Below are positions 53,070-64,000 of a stretch of 64,000 nucleotides of DNA, piece after piece. Location of the stretch: contig OX597815.1 of assembly GCA_951406725.2 (NCBI GenBank), positions 118,668,001-118,732,000 on the forward strand, in the 5' to 3' direction. Below the pieces are notes generated by a model. It did not search any database. It saw nothing but the letters and a program-made list of their open reading frames with translations, and had not been told where the DNA came from. The position numbers and the translations under genes are program-made. Origin of the DNA: Octopus vulgaris. Its lineage: Eukaryota. Numbering within the stretch: position 1 is the first letter of the stretch; the number at the start of each line of letters is the position of its first letter.

Positions 53070-53591
53070 AATACTGTACATGGAGCAAGTCATACCCAGG
53101 CCAAAAAGGGGAATCAACATATTGGATCTCTGCTTTACAAATAATGTGAAACTTATCCATAATGTGAAGGTGACACCAACAGCACTCTCAGATCACAACA
53201 TTGTTGAACTGTGTATGGTCCTGTGTGAACTGCTGGTATCTATCCTATCAGGAGGATTCCAGCTTTATCCAACCTGAATTTCTATAAAGTAAAATGGGGA
53301 ACAATCTGCAAAGAGATTAACAAACAAAACTGGTCCAACATTCTATGTATCAAGACATTGACTTGAAACTCAGCCAGTTCATGCCAACAGTACAAACTAT
53401 ATACACTAAATATACTCCAGAAAGAAAAGCTAGCACACTGACAAATAAGATTCCCAGGGATAGAAAAACCCTTATGAGATGCAGGTCAAAGGTCTCAAAG
53501 CAGCTGAATAGGCAACTAAAGGATAGGGAGAAGCGAATCTTAATACAGACACTCCTAGAAATTGAAAACAAGCTCAAACTCTTTCATGAAA

Positions 53592-53647
<56 letters not shown>

Positions 53648-54620
53648 GAGAGAGAGGAGAGCTGTGGAAAGCATAAAAACAAATCTCAAAGCTTTCTATA
53701 AATTCCCAAAGGAAACAGCCACAATACAATATAAAATAGGACCATTGTTCAAAAGGAATAACTCACTGACAGCAGACCCAGGAAGGATAGGTGAGATACA
53801 CAGTGAACAATTTAAAAGAGTTTTCCCTTACCCCCTTGAACATATGCAAATATAAAAACCACCTGAATTCTTTAATATTGTAGCTCTAAAGAAGGAGGTG
53901 CCAGCCACATTACCAAGATGGTAGCAAAGTGCAGACAACTGGCGGATTGAATACTGAGGTCCTTCAAGACAAGTGACCAAAAAATTATGTTGATCTTGTG
54001 GAGAATCTTTGTTCTCAGCCACCAAGACTAATACTCTCAGTTATGGTCACCACATACTGCCAAACTAACAGCAGAGCTTGAAGCAGTCCAATGCCACTAC
54101 ACTACAAAGATCGAAACAGTGCAATGGATGAGCTACAGGGATAGGCTGAGAAAACTACAACTTTATTCCTTGGAGCAAAGGCATGAAAGATATGCAATAA
54201 TCTACATATGGAAAACTCTAGAAGGGCTAGTACCTAATTTCAGCATTGAGTGTTATACAAATCCCAGAACTGGCCATCATTATATTGTACCAATGGTATC
54301 ATCCACTCCATCTAAATTCAGGACCAGGTACTGCAATAGTCTAAGGTTCAAAGGCCCACAGGTCTTCAGTGCCCAGCCACAAAAATCAAGAAATCTGCAT
54401 TAGGTGGAAGTAGATATCTTCAAAAAGGAACTAGACATCAATACTGGATGAACCAACAGCCCGATATAAGTTGCAGATGAGGACAGTGGAATCAAACTCC
54501 CTTATACACCAAATGGGCCAACAGATAGGACCAAAGTACAGACAGGAGTGATGATATGAAACACCCCACACTGAGGAAATCAGAAAGACCATGGTGGTGC
54601 TCCAGCATGATTGCCCAGCC
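53070..54620 (+). mobile_element. Internally deleted CR1-group LINE
   Basis: APE end (NILDLCFTN..SDH), linker, then a jump to the post-RT region (LEAVQ, SYRDRLRKLQLYSLEQRHERY); RT core absent. Confidence 0.85.
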
Positions 54621-57091
54621 CATTCAAAGTACCTTGGCTTGCAGAATGGCCTGCTATGCTTACCTTGGTTTGTAGGAGTGACCTGCTGTGCTTGAGGAGA
54701 CCTATTGAGTCAAGTACATCAACATCAAAATAAAAATCAAATGGAAATTGTAGTTGCAATACCCATGTCTGTGGCAAGTAAAAAGCACCCACTACACTCA
54801 TGGAGTGGTTGGCATTAGGAAGGGCATCCAGCTGTAGAAACACTGCCAGATCAGACTGGAGCCTTCTGGCTTCCCAGACCCCGGTTGAACAGTCCAACCC
54901 ATGCTAGCATAGAAAACTGACGTTAAACGATGATGATGATGATGATGATGATATATATATATATATTTATGCATATGCCAGAAACCATTCAGTTAAGCAG
55001 CACTATTGTTTTGTTTGCACCACAGTTTACATATTATATAAGTCCATGGTTCTAAATATTAACTGAAGATTTCCTTGACTAAAAGATGAACTGTTCAGAT
55101 CTAGTTTTTCTCATTTGCAAATTGAGTTCTCTTTAATTTTGCACAAATTGTTTTCAATTTTGGTGTATCGATGCAACTCTGAATTTTGATTATGATCAAC
55201 CAATTACTTTATTTCATAAATTAAAGAATCTGATGTTATTTGGATCTAAAGTCCGGAAATTTGGGTAATTTTAGCCAATCAACAGACCAGGAGACATTAA
55301 AAAATTTGTTACCATGATAACTGCACTTTGTGTTGTGTTTCACCCGCTTGTGTTGATTCTTCACACTACTAGATTTACTTCACCCATGTGTTTTGTTTTA
55401 ATAAAAATTTATATTTATCAATTAGAATTTTATTAAAGATATTTTTCATCAATTGTCTTAATATTTTACATATTTTTCATACATAGCAAAAGTTGTTTGC
55501 AATGTTAATACTGTTTCTTGGCATTATGAAGGTAAATAGAATATGTGAACTTAGTACAAATAATTTAACATTATTCTTGAATTCCATATGCAAAAACATA
55601 TAACATACATAACATACAGGTATTCTTTTACTTGGGATAAATTCTTTGTTGACCAGTGCTATTCTTATCATAGTTTACAAATCCAAACGAGAACGTTACT
55701 CAACTTTGAAGTTTTGGAGACAGATGCTGCCTTTTCACACATGCACACACACACAAACACACACACACACACACATGCATGCACTTATATATTAATGATG
55801 TACACAAATACATGACAGGTATACATAATACTGAAATATGCATAAAGCAAACACATGCAGACAAATATATGAATATAACAAATTTAGAAAAAAAAAAAAA
55901 AATACAATCAATGAAGAGACAAAAGAATCAGTAAGATGATACATGTTGATTTTATTAGGTACTTCTGTTTATTTAGAAACCTACAATGAAGGGGTCGTTT
56001 CACAGAGACTAAACCATAAATTTCAGAGTACAGCCTTAAAGTTGACACTGCTCCACTAGATGCAGAACATTTCTGTCTTGCTATTGGCTAAAAATACATG
56101 ATTTTTCCTCCAGTTTCTTTCTCCACAACATCATAACTTCAAAGCTATTATATAGCCAGCATTCAGATTTTTTACTGTCTTTTGAAAAATGCATATTTTA
56201 AGAATGAAAAAAAAACTAGATCCAACTGTTCTGGAGATGAAAGAAAACTCATTGCCAAAAAAAAAAAGAAGAAAAAGAAAAAATCTCCAACTGAACCACA
56301 TGTTAATTTAATGCATGAAGAAAACAGTTTAGGTTGAAGAAAAAAGATCCCAGCTACTTCCCAGACATTTGAGAAGCTGTTCCTTGCTGCTTACCAGCCA
56401 TTGAAAAGGGATAGGAAGAAGGGGAAATAAAATGAGAGTGACAGGTGTTGGCTAATGAAGGACCAAGGCAGAATTCTATTTCCTATTGTTATTCAGAGGA
56501 GGGAGTCCTGAAATTTGAGCTTATTTAAATGGGGACTTATTAAATAAAAAGGAATGCACAGTAAAGGTTTTTAGAATTTTCTTTGCTTCAATTATCACAA
56601 AATTTTACTTATTCATATATTTATATATTTATCAACTATCTCTTTTTTTAGTATTTGACCTTGCTGGCAAAAAGAAAAAAAAAGTTTCAGACAGAACACC
56701 CATATGTTCTTTCCCATGTGAATAGCAGGGAGTATAGAAGTTAGATGAAGGGGAAAATGAAAAGATTGAATGAATATTTGAAAGCTTTCAGCATCAACAC
56801 ACTGATATGTAAGAAGCACACACACAAAAAAAAGTTCAACAGTATTTATTATTCCATTGAATAGGCAAAAGATACAACACTTTTCTCTGATTAGTTAACA
56901 ACCATGTGCTGATCTGGGTATTTGTTGTTGATGTTGTTTTGCCTCAAGGTCAACTCTGAGCAGACCTATGATCAAAAGAATTGACCCCTATTATAAACAT
57001 TTTTTTTTCTCATTTAGGGGAGGTATTTTTTTCATTTCTTACCTTTTTTTTTTGTTTTAGTCATTGGACTGTGGTCATGCAAGGACACAGC

Positions 57092-57668
57092 CAGGACCTG
57101 ATTAAGATCCATAGAGGCCCTAAGCACTTAAAAAATTTTGGTGTCCCTTTATATATGTAATTCATAATATAAACATTAATGAGTGGCTGTGTGGTATAGG
57201 CATAGGAGTAGCTGTGTGGTAAGTAGCTTGCTTACCGACCACATGGTTCCGGGTTCAGTCCCACTGCGTGGCACCTTGGGCAAGTGTCTTCTACTATAGC
57301 CTCGAGCCAACCAAAGCCTTGTGAGTGGATTTGGTAGATGGAAACTGAAAGAAGCATGTCATATATGTATGTGTGTGTCTGTGTTTGACCTCCCCCACCC
57401 AATATCGCTTGACAACCGATGGTGGTGTGTTTACATCCCTGTAACTTAGCAGTTCGGCAAAAGAGACCGATAGGCTTACAAAGAATAAGTCCTGGGGTCA
57501 ATTTGCTCGACTAAAGGCTCAAATGACTGAAACAAGTAAAAGAGAGTAAAGGATAAGTTTAAAGTAATTTCTTTGGTGCTGTAAGCCATTTACCATTTCT
57601 GTGGTGCCCTAATTTCCCTTGATGCCCTAAGCACATGCTTATTTTGCTTATTGGTTAATCCATCACTG
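57092..57668. mobile_element. hAT-type MITE interrupted by a SINE-A
   Basis: CAGGACCTGATTAA / TTAATCCATCACTG termini; 8-bp TSD GACACAGC / GACACATC. Confidence 0.7.
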
Positions 57669-58790
57669 GACACATCCTTGAAGGGTTTTAGTCAAACAGA
57701 TAGTACTTATTTTTTTCATCTAAGTCTTGGTAGTTATTTTGTTGATCTATTTTACTGAACCACCAAGTTATGTAAACAAACTAGCACCAGCCGTAATATT
57801 GGTTTCAAATTTTGACTCATGGCCAACATTATCATGTGAGGGTGTAAATCACTTGCATCAACCCCATCAAACTGGTGCTTGTTTTATCAACATCAACCCT
57901 AAAAGGATGGAAATTGAAGTCAACCTCAGTGGAATTTAAACTCAGAATGTAAAGGCAGACAAAATGCCACTAAGCATTTTACCCAGCATGCTAACGGTTC
58001 TGCCAGCTCGCTGCCTCCACCAGTTGTACTATTAAATGTTAAAAATATGTGCACTTGTTTGTGCATGTGTTTGTTTGTGCTTACACTGGCATTTGTTATT
58101 TATTTGCAGACACACATCCTGTTTTAAAATGATCTATATTAAAATTTTCCATTAAAATTTTGTGTTGTTTTAAATTTCAGAAAAAATAGGTTTATTATGA
58201 CAAAATTATTTTCATTAAATTCTTCCATATTTTCAAAATCAATTGAAGAAAACAGATATAGTTTCAGAAAAATATAGAAACAAATTGTTTAATGGATTGA
58301 TGCTGTAATGAACTTCGAATTTCAGTTGGGTGTCACTAAAGAAGGAATTTAGTCAGTGTCATAAATACAAATGAGGGGAAAGTATTTTTTAAAGGATAAG
58401 AATTTGGGATATGAAATAAACATATTCTTGCAGGTATAGCTGTATGGTAGAAAGCTTGCTTCCAATCACATGGCTCCAGGTTCAGTCCCACTACATGGCA
58501 TATTGGGTAAGTGTCTCCTGCTATAGTCTCTTTATCATCATCATGAGGCCAATATAACTTCTATTTTGAATTTTATATTTGTTTATTTATTTTAGTCATT
58601 TGACTGCAGCTATGCTGGGGCACCACTTTTAGTGGAACAAATCGACTCCTGGACTTATTCTTTGTAAGCCTAGAACTAATTTTATTGTTTCTTTTGCCAA
58701 ACCGCTAAGTTATGTGGACATAAACACACCAACATCAGTTGTCAAGTGACAGTGGGGGGAAGGACAGACGTACAAATACACACACACATA

Positions 58791-58845
<55 letters not shown>

Positions 58846-59816
58846 AAAGGGCTTAGTAAAATACTAAGCCCTTTTATATAATGTAATAATTTGAATTCGC
58901 CTTAAATGGTCCCTTTACATACTGAATACTTGGTGAAATCGATTAATAATTAATTAATTTTACCCTCAATTGTTGAAAGTATATTTATATATATATATAT
59001 ATATATATATGATGGGCTTTTTTCAGATTCTGTCTACCAAATTCACCCACAAGGCTTTGGTTAGCCCAAGGCTATTGTAGATGACACTTGCCCAAGGTGC
59101 CATGCAGAGGGACTTAACCCAGAACCATGTGGTTGGAAAACAAACTACTTACCACACAGCCTATGAAATTAATTTTATACAGCCACTAGCTAACACCCTC
59201 TCTCATTTTGTTCCCTCTCTCTTCATTTCTTTTTTGTTTCCCTCCTTTTTGCTTCTTCTCTTTTTCCTCTCATTCTCCCTTCTTGTTTTTGATTTGACCT
59301 ATCTCCTCTTTCTAATCATACACATTTCTCCTCCCTTTATCTATCCATTGACACTACCAATACATTTTAATTTACACCAAAAAAAAAAAAAACCCCTACA
59401 TCAACCAACACTGTTTACAAGGCTCTATGCTTGGAATGACCAGATATAACCACCATTGGAACTCACACTCCAGTACAAGAAAATTTCTTCACCAAAAAAT
59501 TTTTTCACCACTGTAGAGAATATACCACCAGCATTGCCCAAATGACCTGAACATTAGTTTCAAGGTTAATCCAAGGCTTATGTATATATATATATATGTA
59601 TGTGTGTCTGTGTTTGTCCCCCTAGCATTGCTTGACAACCGATGCTGGTGTGTTTACGTCCACGTCACTTAGCGGTTCGGCAAAAGAGACCAATAGAATA
59701 AGTACTGGGCTTACAAAGAATAAGTCCCGGGGTCGATTTGCTTGACTAAAGGCGGTGCTCCAGCATGGCCACAGTCAAATGACTGAAACAAGTAAAAGAG
59801 TCAAAAGAGAGAGAGA

Positions 59817-59855
<39 letters not shown>

Positions 59856-60989
59856 CCTATATATGTATATATATTCACTTATATATGTATATATGTATAT
59901 GTATATATATCTAAATCTCTATCTTTATATATATTTATTTATATAAATATATATATACATATACATTCATATAGGACTACATTATCAAATGTATCTTTCC
60001 TGTTTTTAAGATAGCAAGCAGATGTCATTAGAGTGAAATTTGGCTGCTATTTCTTGTAGATCATACAACATAGAAGCTCCCTTATTAGTTTCTGTCTGGC
60101 CACCCATACAGATGATTATGTGGTATGTAGACTATAGGGGACATGAGGCAAGGGAGTAAAATTAATACACCCCAGCTTGACTGAGCAGCTGCTGCTGTTG
60201 CAGTTGTTGTTATTGCTGTTGATGGTGGTAGTGGTGGAGAAGCAGCAGTGGCAATGTTGATGGTGGTGACAGTGGTTGATGGTGGTGGTGGTGGTGGTGG
60301 CAGTGGTTGTTGTAGCAGTGGTTGTTGTGGCAGTGGTGGTGGTAGTAGCTCAAGTAAAGATGCTGGTGAAAGTGACAGGATGTGTTAGTGAAGGAATAAA
60401 ATAGGTTGCATGACACTGGAGGTGAAATTGGGTGGTGGTGGTGGCGCTGGTGGCGCTGGTGGCACTGCTGGTGCTGATGATGGTGGTAGTAGTGTGATGG
60501 GGATAGTGCTACTGATGTTTATTTTGTTGCTTTTTGTTGTTGTTGTTGTTCATGGTGGTTAATAAGGCAGTGGAGAAAGAGTGTGGATGTTGTTGAAATT
60601 TAACCCCAGATCATACCTATGACCTAAGACAGCATTCCAGCTGTGACCATCCTGTCTTTTACTCATGTGCAGGAAACTGAGGATCACAATATCAAATATT
60701 TCCTTTTCTAAGATGACAGGATATTATGCAAGGGAAATTTGGCTGCTACTTTTAGCAGGTCAAAATACCATGTAGAAGAAAAGCCCTTTACTGGTTGGCA
60801 TATAATTCAGGATATGGAATGATAGCAGTGATAATGATATAAAGATAGTGTGATGCTTGTGGTCAGTGGCTGGTCAGTTAACTTCATCATCATCATCTCA
60901 TTTAACGTCAGTTGTCCATGCTGGCATGGGTTGGATGGTTTGACATGGAGCTGGCCAGCTGGAAGGCTGCACCAGACATGCTCATATAT

Positions 60990-61365
60990 ATTTAAATGAT
61001 AAATTTCTGGAAAGTTTTACAGATTTTTACAGTTCTAGTGATGGATTGGATCTGTAGTCTTCAAATTAACTTTTTCCTTTCCGGTTTTGAGAAGCCTAAT
61101 TTCTCAAGATTGGTCTTTAGGCAGTGTGTTACATGTCACAGGGCCCCAGTAATTGCAGGTATAAACCTGAACTTGTAATCTGGATGGAGTAACTGCAGAT
61201 TTCTCAATAGTTCAGCATAGCTATTCTCTTTTTCACTGATCTTCAGCTTTACATTAACATCCACTGGGCAGCTAATTACAATTACTGTGCACAGTTTCAC
61301 TTCGCTTTCCCAAATCATTATATCAGGTCTGCTGTGCTTACAATTTACTGAGGTCTTCAGCACGT
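60990..61365 (-). pseudogene. RLE-type LINE 3' fragment
   Basis: CKHSRPDIMIWE..LCTVIVISCPVD..KENSYAELLRNLQ..FRFIPAITGAL. Confidence 0.8.
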
Positions 61366-61429
61366 ATGTATATATGTATACTCTTTTACTCTCTAACTTA
61401 TTTCAGCCAATTGGCTTCAATCGTACTGG

Positions 61430-62283
61430 AGCACCACCGTTATTTTTTTTATTTCCTCAGTCTGGAGTGTTCACATCACCATTTTTGTATGTGCCTTTGT
61501 CCTAGCTATTGGTCCATTTGGTGTATAAAGGAATTTGATTCCACTACCTTCATCTGTACCTCATATCAGTCTGTTGGTTCATCCAGTATTGTGGAGAGGG
61601 GATGTCTAGTTCCTTTTTGAAAACAACTACTTCAGCCTTATGCAGATTTCTTAATTTTTGTGGCAGGGCATTGAAGACCTGTGGGCCTTTGAACCCTATA
61701 CTATCGCAGTATCTGGTCCTGAATTTTGATGGAGTGGATGGTACCATTGGTACAATACAATGACGACCAGTTCTGACATTTGTATAACACTCAATGCTGA
61801 AATTAGGTACTAGCCCTTCTAGAGTTTTCCATATATAGATTATTACATATTTATCACACCTTCACTCCAGGGAGTAAAGTTGCAGTTTTCTCAGCCTATC
61901 TCTGTAACTCATCCTCTGCACTGTTTCAGTATTTTTGGTGTAGTGGCATTGGACTGCTTTAAGCTCCACTGTTAGTTTGGCAGTATGTGGTGACCATAAC
62001 ATAGTAGTCCAGGCAGCTGAGAACAAAGATTCTCCACAGGGTCAACATAGTTTCTTGGTCTCTGGTCTTGAAGGACCTCAGTATCCATCCTACCAGTTGT
62101 CAGCACTTTGCTGCCATCTTCGTAATGTGCATATGAAATAATGCGTCATTGCACATACTGATTTCCAAGTCTTTCACTGCATGTGACTCTGGGATTGTAG
62201 TGCCTTTGGGTTCTGTATATGCAGGCTGTAGTACTTTTATGAGTTGATAGTGAAGTGTTTGAAATTTTCCATGTATGTATGTA

Positions 62284-62315
<32 letters not shown>

Positions 62316-62460
62316 TTTATCTTTTATTTTTGAACTATTATAAATCTTCCACTGAGGAGGAAGCTGGTCACCAATATAGATACAAGGATCCATCTTTGGG
62401 ATGTAGTTAACAGACAAATTCACATTTGGAACTTGAAGAAGTCTTGCATATTTTTATTGT
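61430..62460 (-). mobile_element. CR1-group LINE 3' fragment, same family as 53070-54620
   Basis: Reverse-complement homology to 53905-54610 (VKDL.I, HITKMAAKC, FRTRYC.S..FKGPQVF). Confidence 0.88.
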
Positions 62461-63154
62461 TCCACTCACAGATTGCCATTGTAATGTATGTATGTATGTA
62501 TGTATGTATGTATGTATGTATCTATCTATCTATCTATCTATCTATGCATGTGTGCATGTGTATGTATGTATGATGTAAGTATGTATGTATGCATGTATGT
62601 ATGTATGTATGTATGTATGTAAGTATGTATGTATATAGGCATGCATGTATGCATTATGTATGCACATGTGTGTACATATCTATGTGTGCATGTATATGCA
62701 AGACTATATATGCAAAACTTCCTAAAAAACATGCGAGTCATTGATTAAGAACTACAAGAAGAGATTGGTTGAAGTGGAACTGAATAATGGTTATGCTACG
62801 AAGTATAAAATCAGAATTATCAGTTATTAATGTTCTGTGCAGATCCTTTTTTACCCCTAAATATTTACAATCGAATATAAATTCCTTAGTTACTATAATT
62901 TATTAGTTTCTTTTGCATATTCTTAGTTTATGCATGTGCATGCAAATATAGTATTGGTATATCCCATTTATGTTCATTAGAAATTAAATAAATAAAGAAT
63001 TTTGACATGTACGAATATTTATTTCCCCCCACTGTATATATATATATATACATACATGCACAATGGGCTTCTACATAGTCTTTGTGTACCAAATTCACTT
63101 ACAAGGCATCACTTGGCCTGGGGCTATAGTAAAAGATACTTGCTAAAAGTGCTG

Positions 63155-63652
63155 CAGATCTTTTTGGCCACTGTTACAGATTTTGTATTTTTTCAATTTT
63201 GTTCCAATTGTTTTCAGATTTGCAATACTGATTTACTTTTATATGCTAATTATGAAAATCAAATTCATTTTTGCCTTAAATTAGTAAAGTTTGGGTAATT
63301 TTATCCAATAGGAAGCCACCTGGTTTCTGTTTCCATAGTAACAAGCAAAGCTATACTCTGACACTTTCACTACTACAACCACCACCACAAAATTTGACAA
63401 GCAGTATCTTTTTGTGTCCATGTTATGTTCTGCCTGTCATGACAGACAGCTATAATGCAGAAAATAGCAGCTTCTGATTCCTGTTTTCTGACTAGACTAA
63501 AAATTATCAAACTTTGAACATTTGTAACATTTTTCTAAAATTTTCTGGGAACAAAGGAATCTTAAATTCAGATTCGGTAATGAAAAGATTACATCAATAT
63601 ACCAAATTAGAAAATTTTTACTTTATTTTAAAATTTCCAAACAAAAGATCTG
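63155..63652. mobile_element. MITE inserted in a SINE-A head
   Basis: 10-bp TIR CAGATCTTTT / AAAAGATCTG; the SINE sequence resumes on both sides. Confidence 0.6.
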
Positions 63653-64000
63653 GTACCACTGAACTGGGAGCCACATAGTTGCAAAGGAAGCTTCTTAACT
63701 ACATAGCCACGCCTCTGCCTATGGAGAAGTAGAAGAGATTGTTGTTGTTTAGCTCCCAAACCTGATTATTTACCAGTGGTTCTCAACCAGAGTCTATATG
63801 AACCCTTTGTGGTCTATATAAGATTTTGTTATTAAATTTATGTGCAATAAACTAATTATATTTCTACAATACACAAAATAAACATTTTTTTATACCAGTC
63901 CTAATAATATTTAATCATAAAAGATATAAGTTTTTAGACAGTGAATAATTATGAGCGTCCCCCACACCTGAATAAAACAGGAATCAAAGGAGTCCATAAG

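Overview
AT-rich eukaryotic, non-genic or intronic DNA saturated with microsatellites ((TA)n, (TACA)n, (CA)n, (GA)n, (AAT)n, (GAT)n) and transposons. The SINE families and microsatellite load resemble an octopus/coleoid cephalopod genome (inference from recall, not verified). No intact host gene is recognisable; most listed ORFs are translated microsatellites or SINEs. Real coding remnants are all TE-derived: a near-complete CR1 ORF2 (4.7-7.7 kb, -), a full-length R4/Dong-type RLE LINE (28.1-32.1 kb, -), a Penelope-like GIY-YIG fragment (12.8-13.7 kb), and RTE, CR1, Tc1/mariner and Tigger pieces. There are also Helitrons, piggyBac/MULE/hAT MITEs and dozens of tRNA-SINEs. Most notable: (i) a tRNA-headed SINE carrying a hammerhead-ribozyme core, with Penelope-like insertion hallmarks, inside a multi-layer nest; (ii) repeated hammerhead-core motifs in permuted order; (iii) recurrent fold-back palindromes at (TA)n tracts, one with G.U-biased mismatches; (iv) a GC-rich CR1 resembling trematode elements; (v) a CpG-depletion boundary near 20-21 kb that suggests a methylated gene body.
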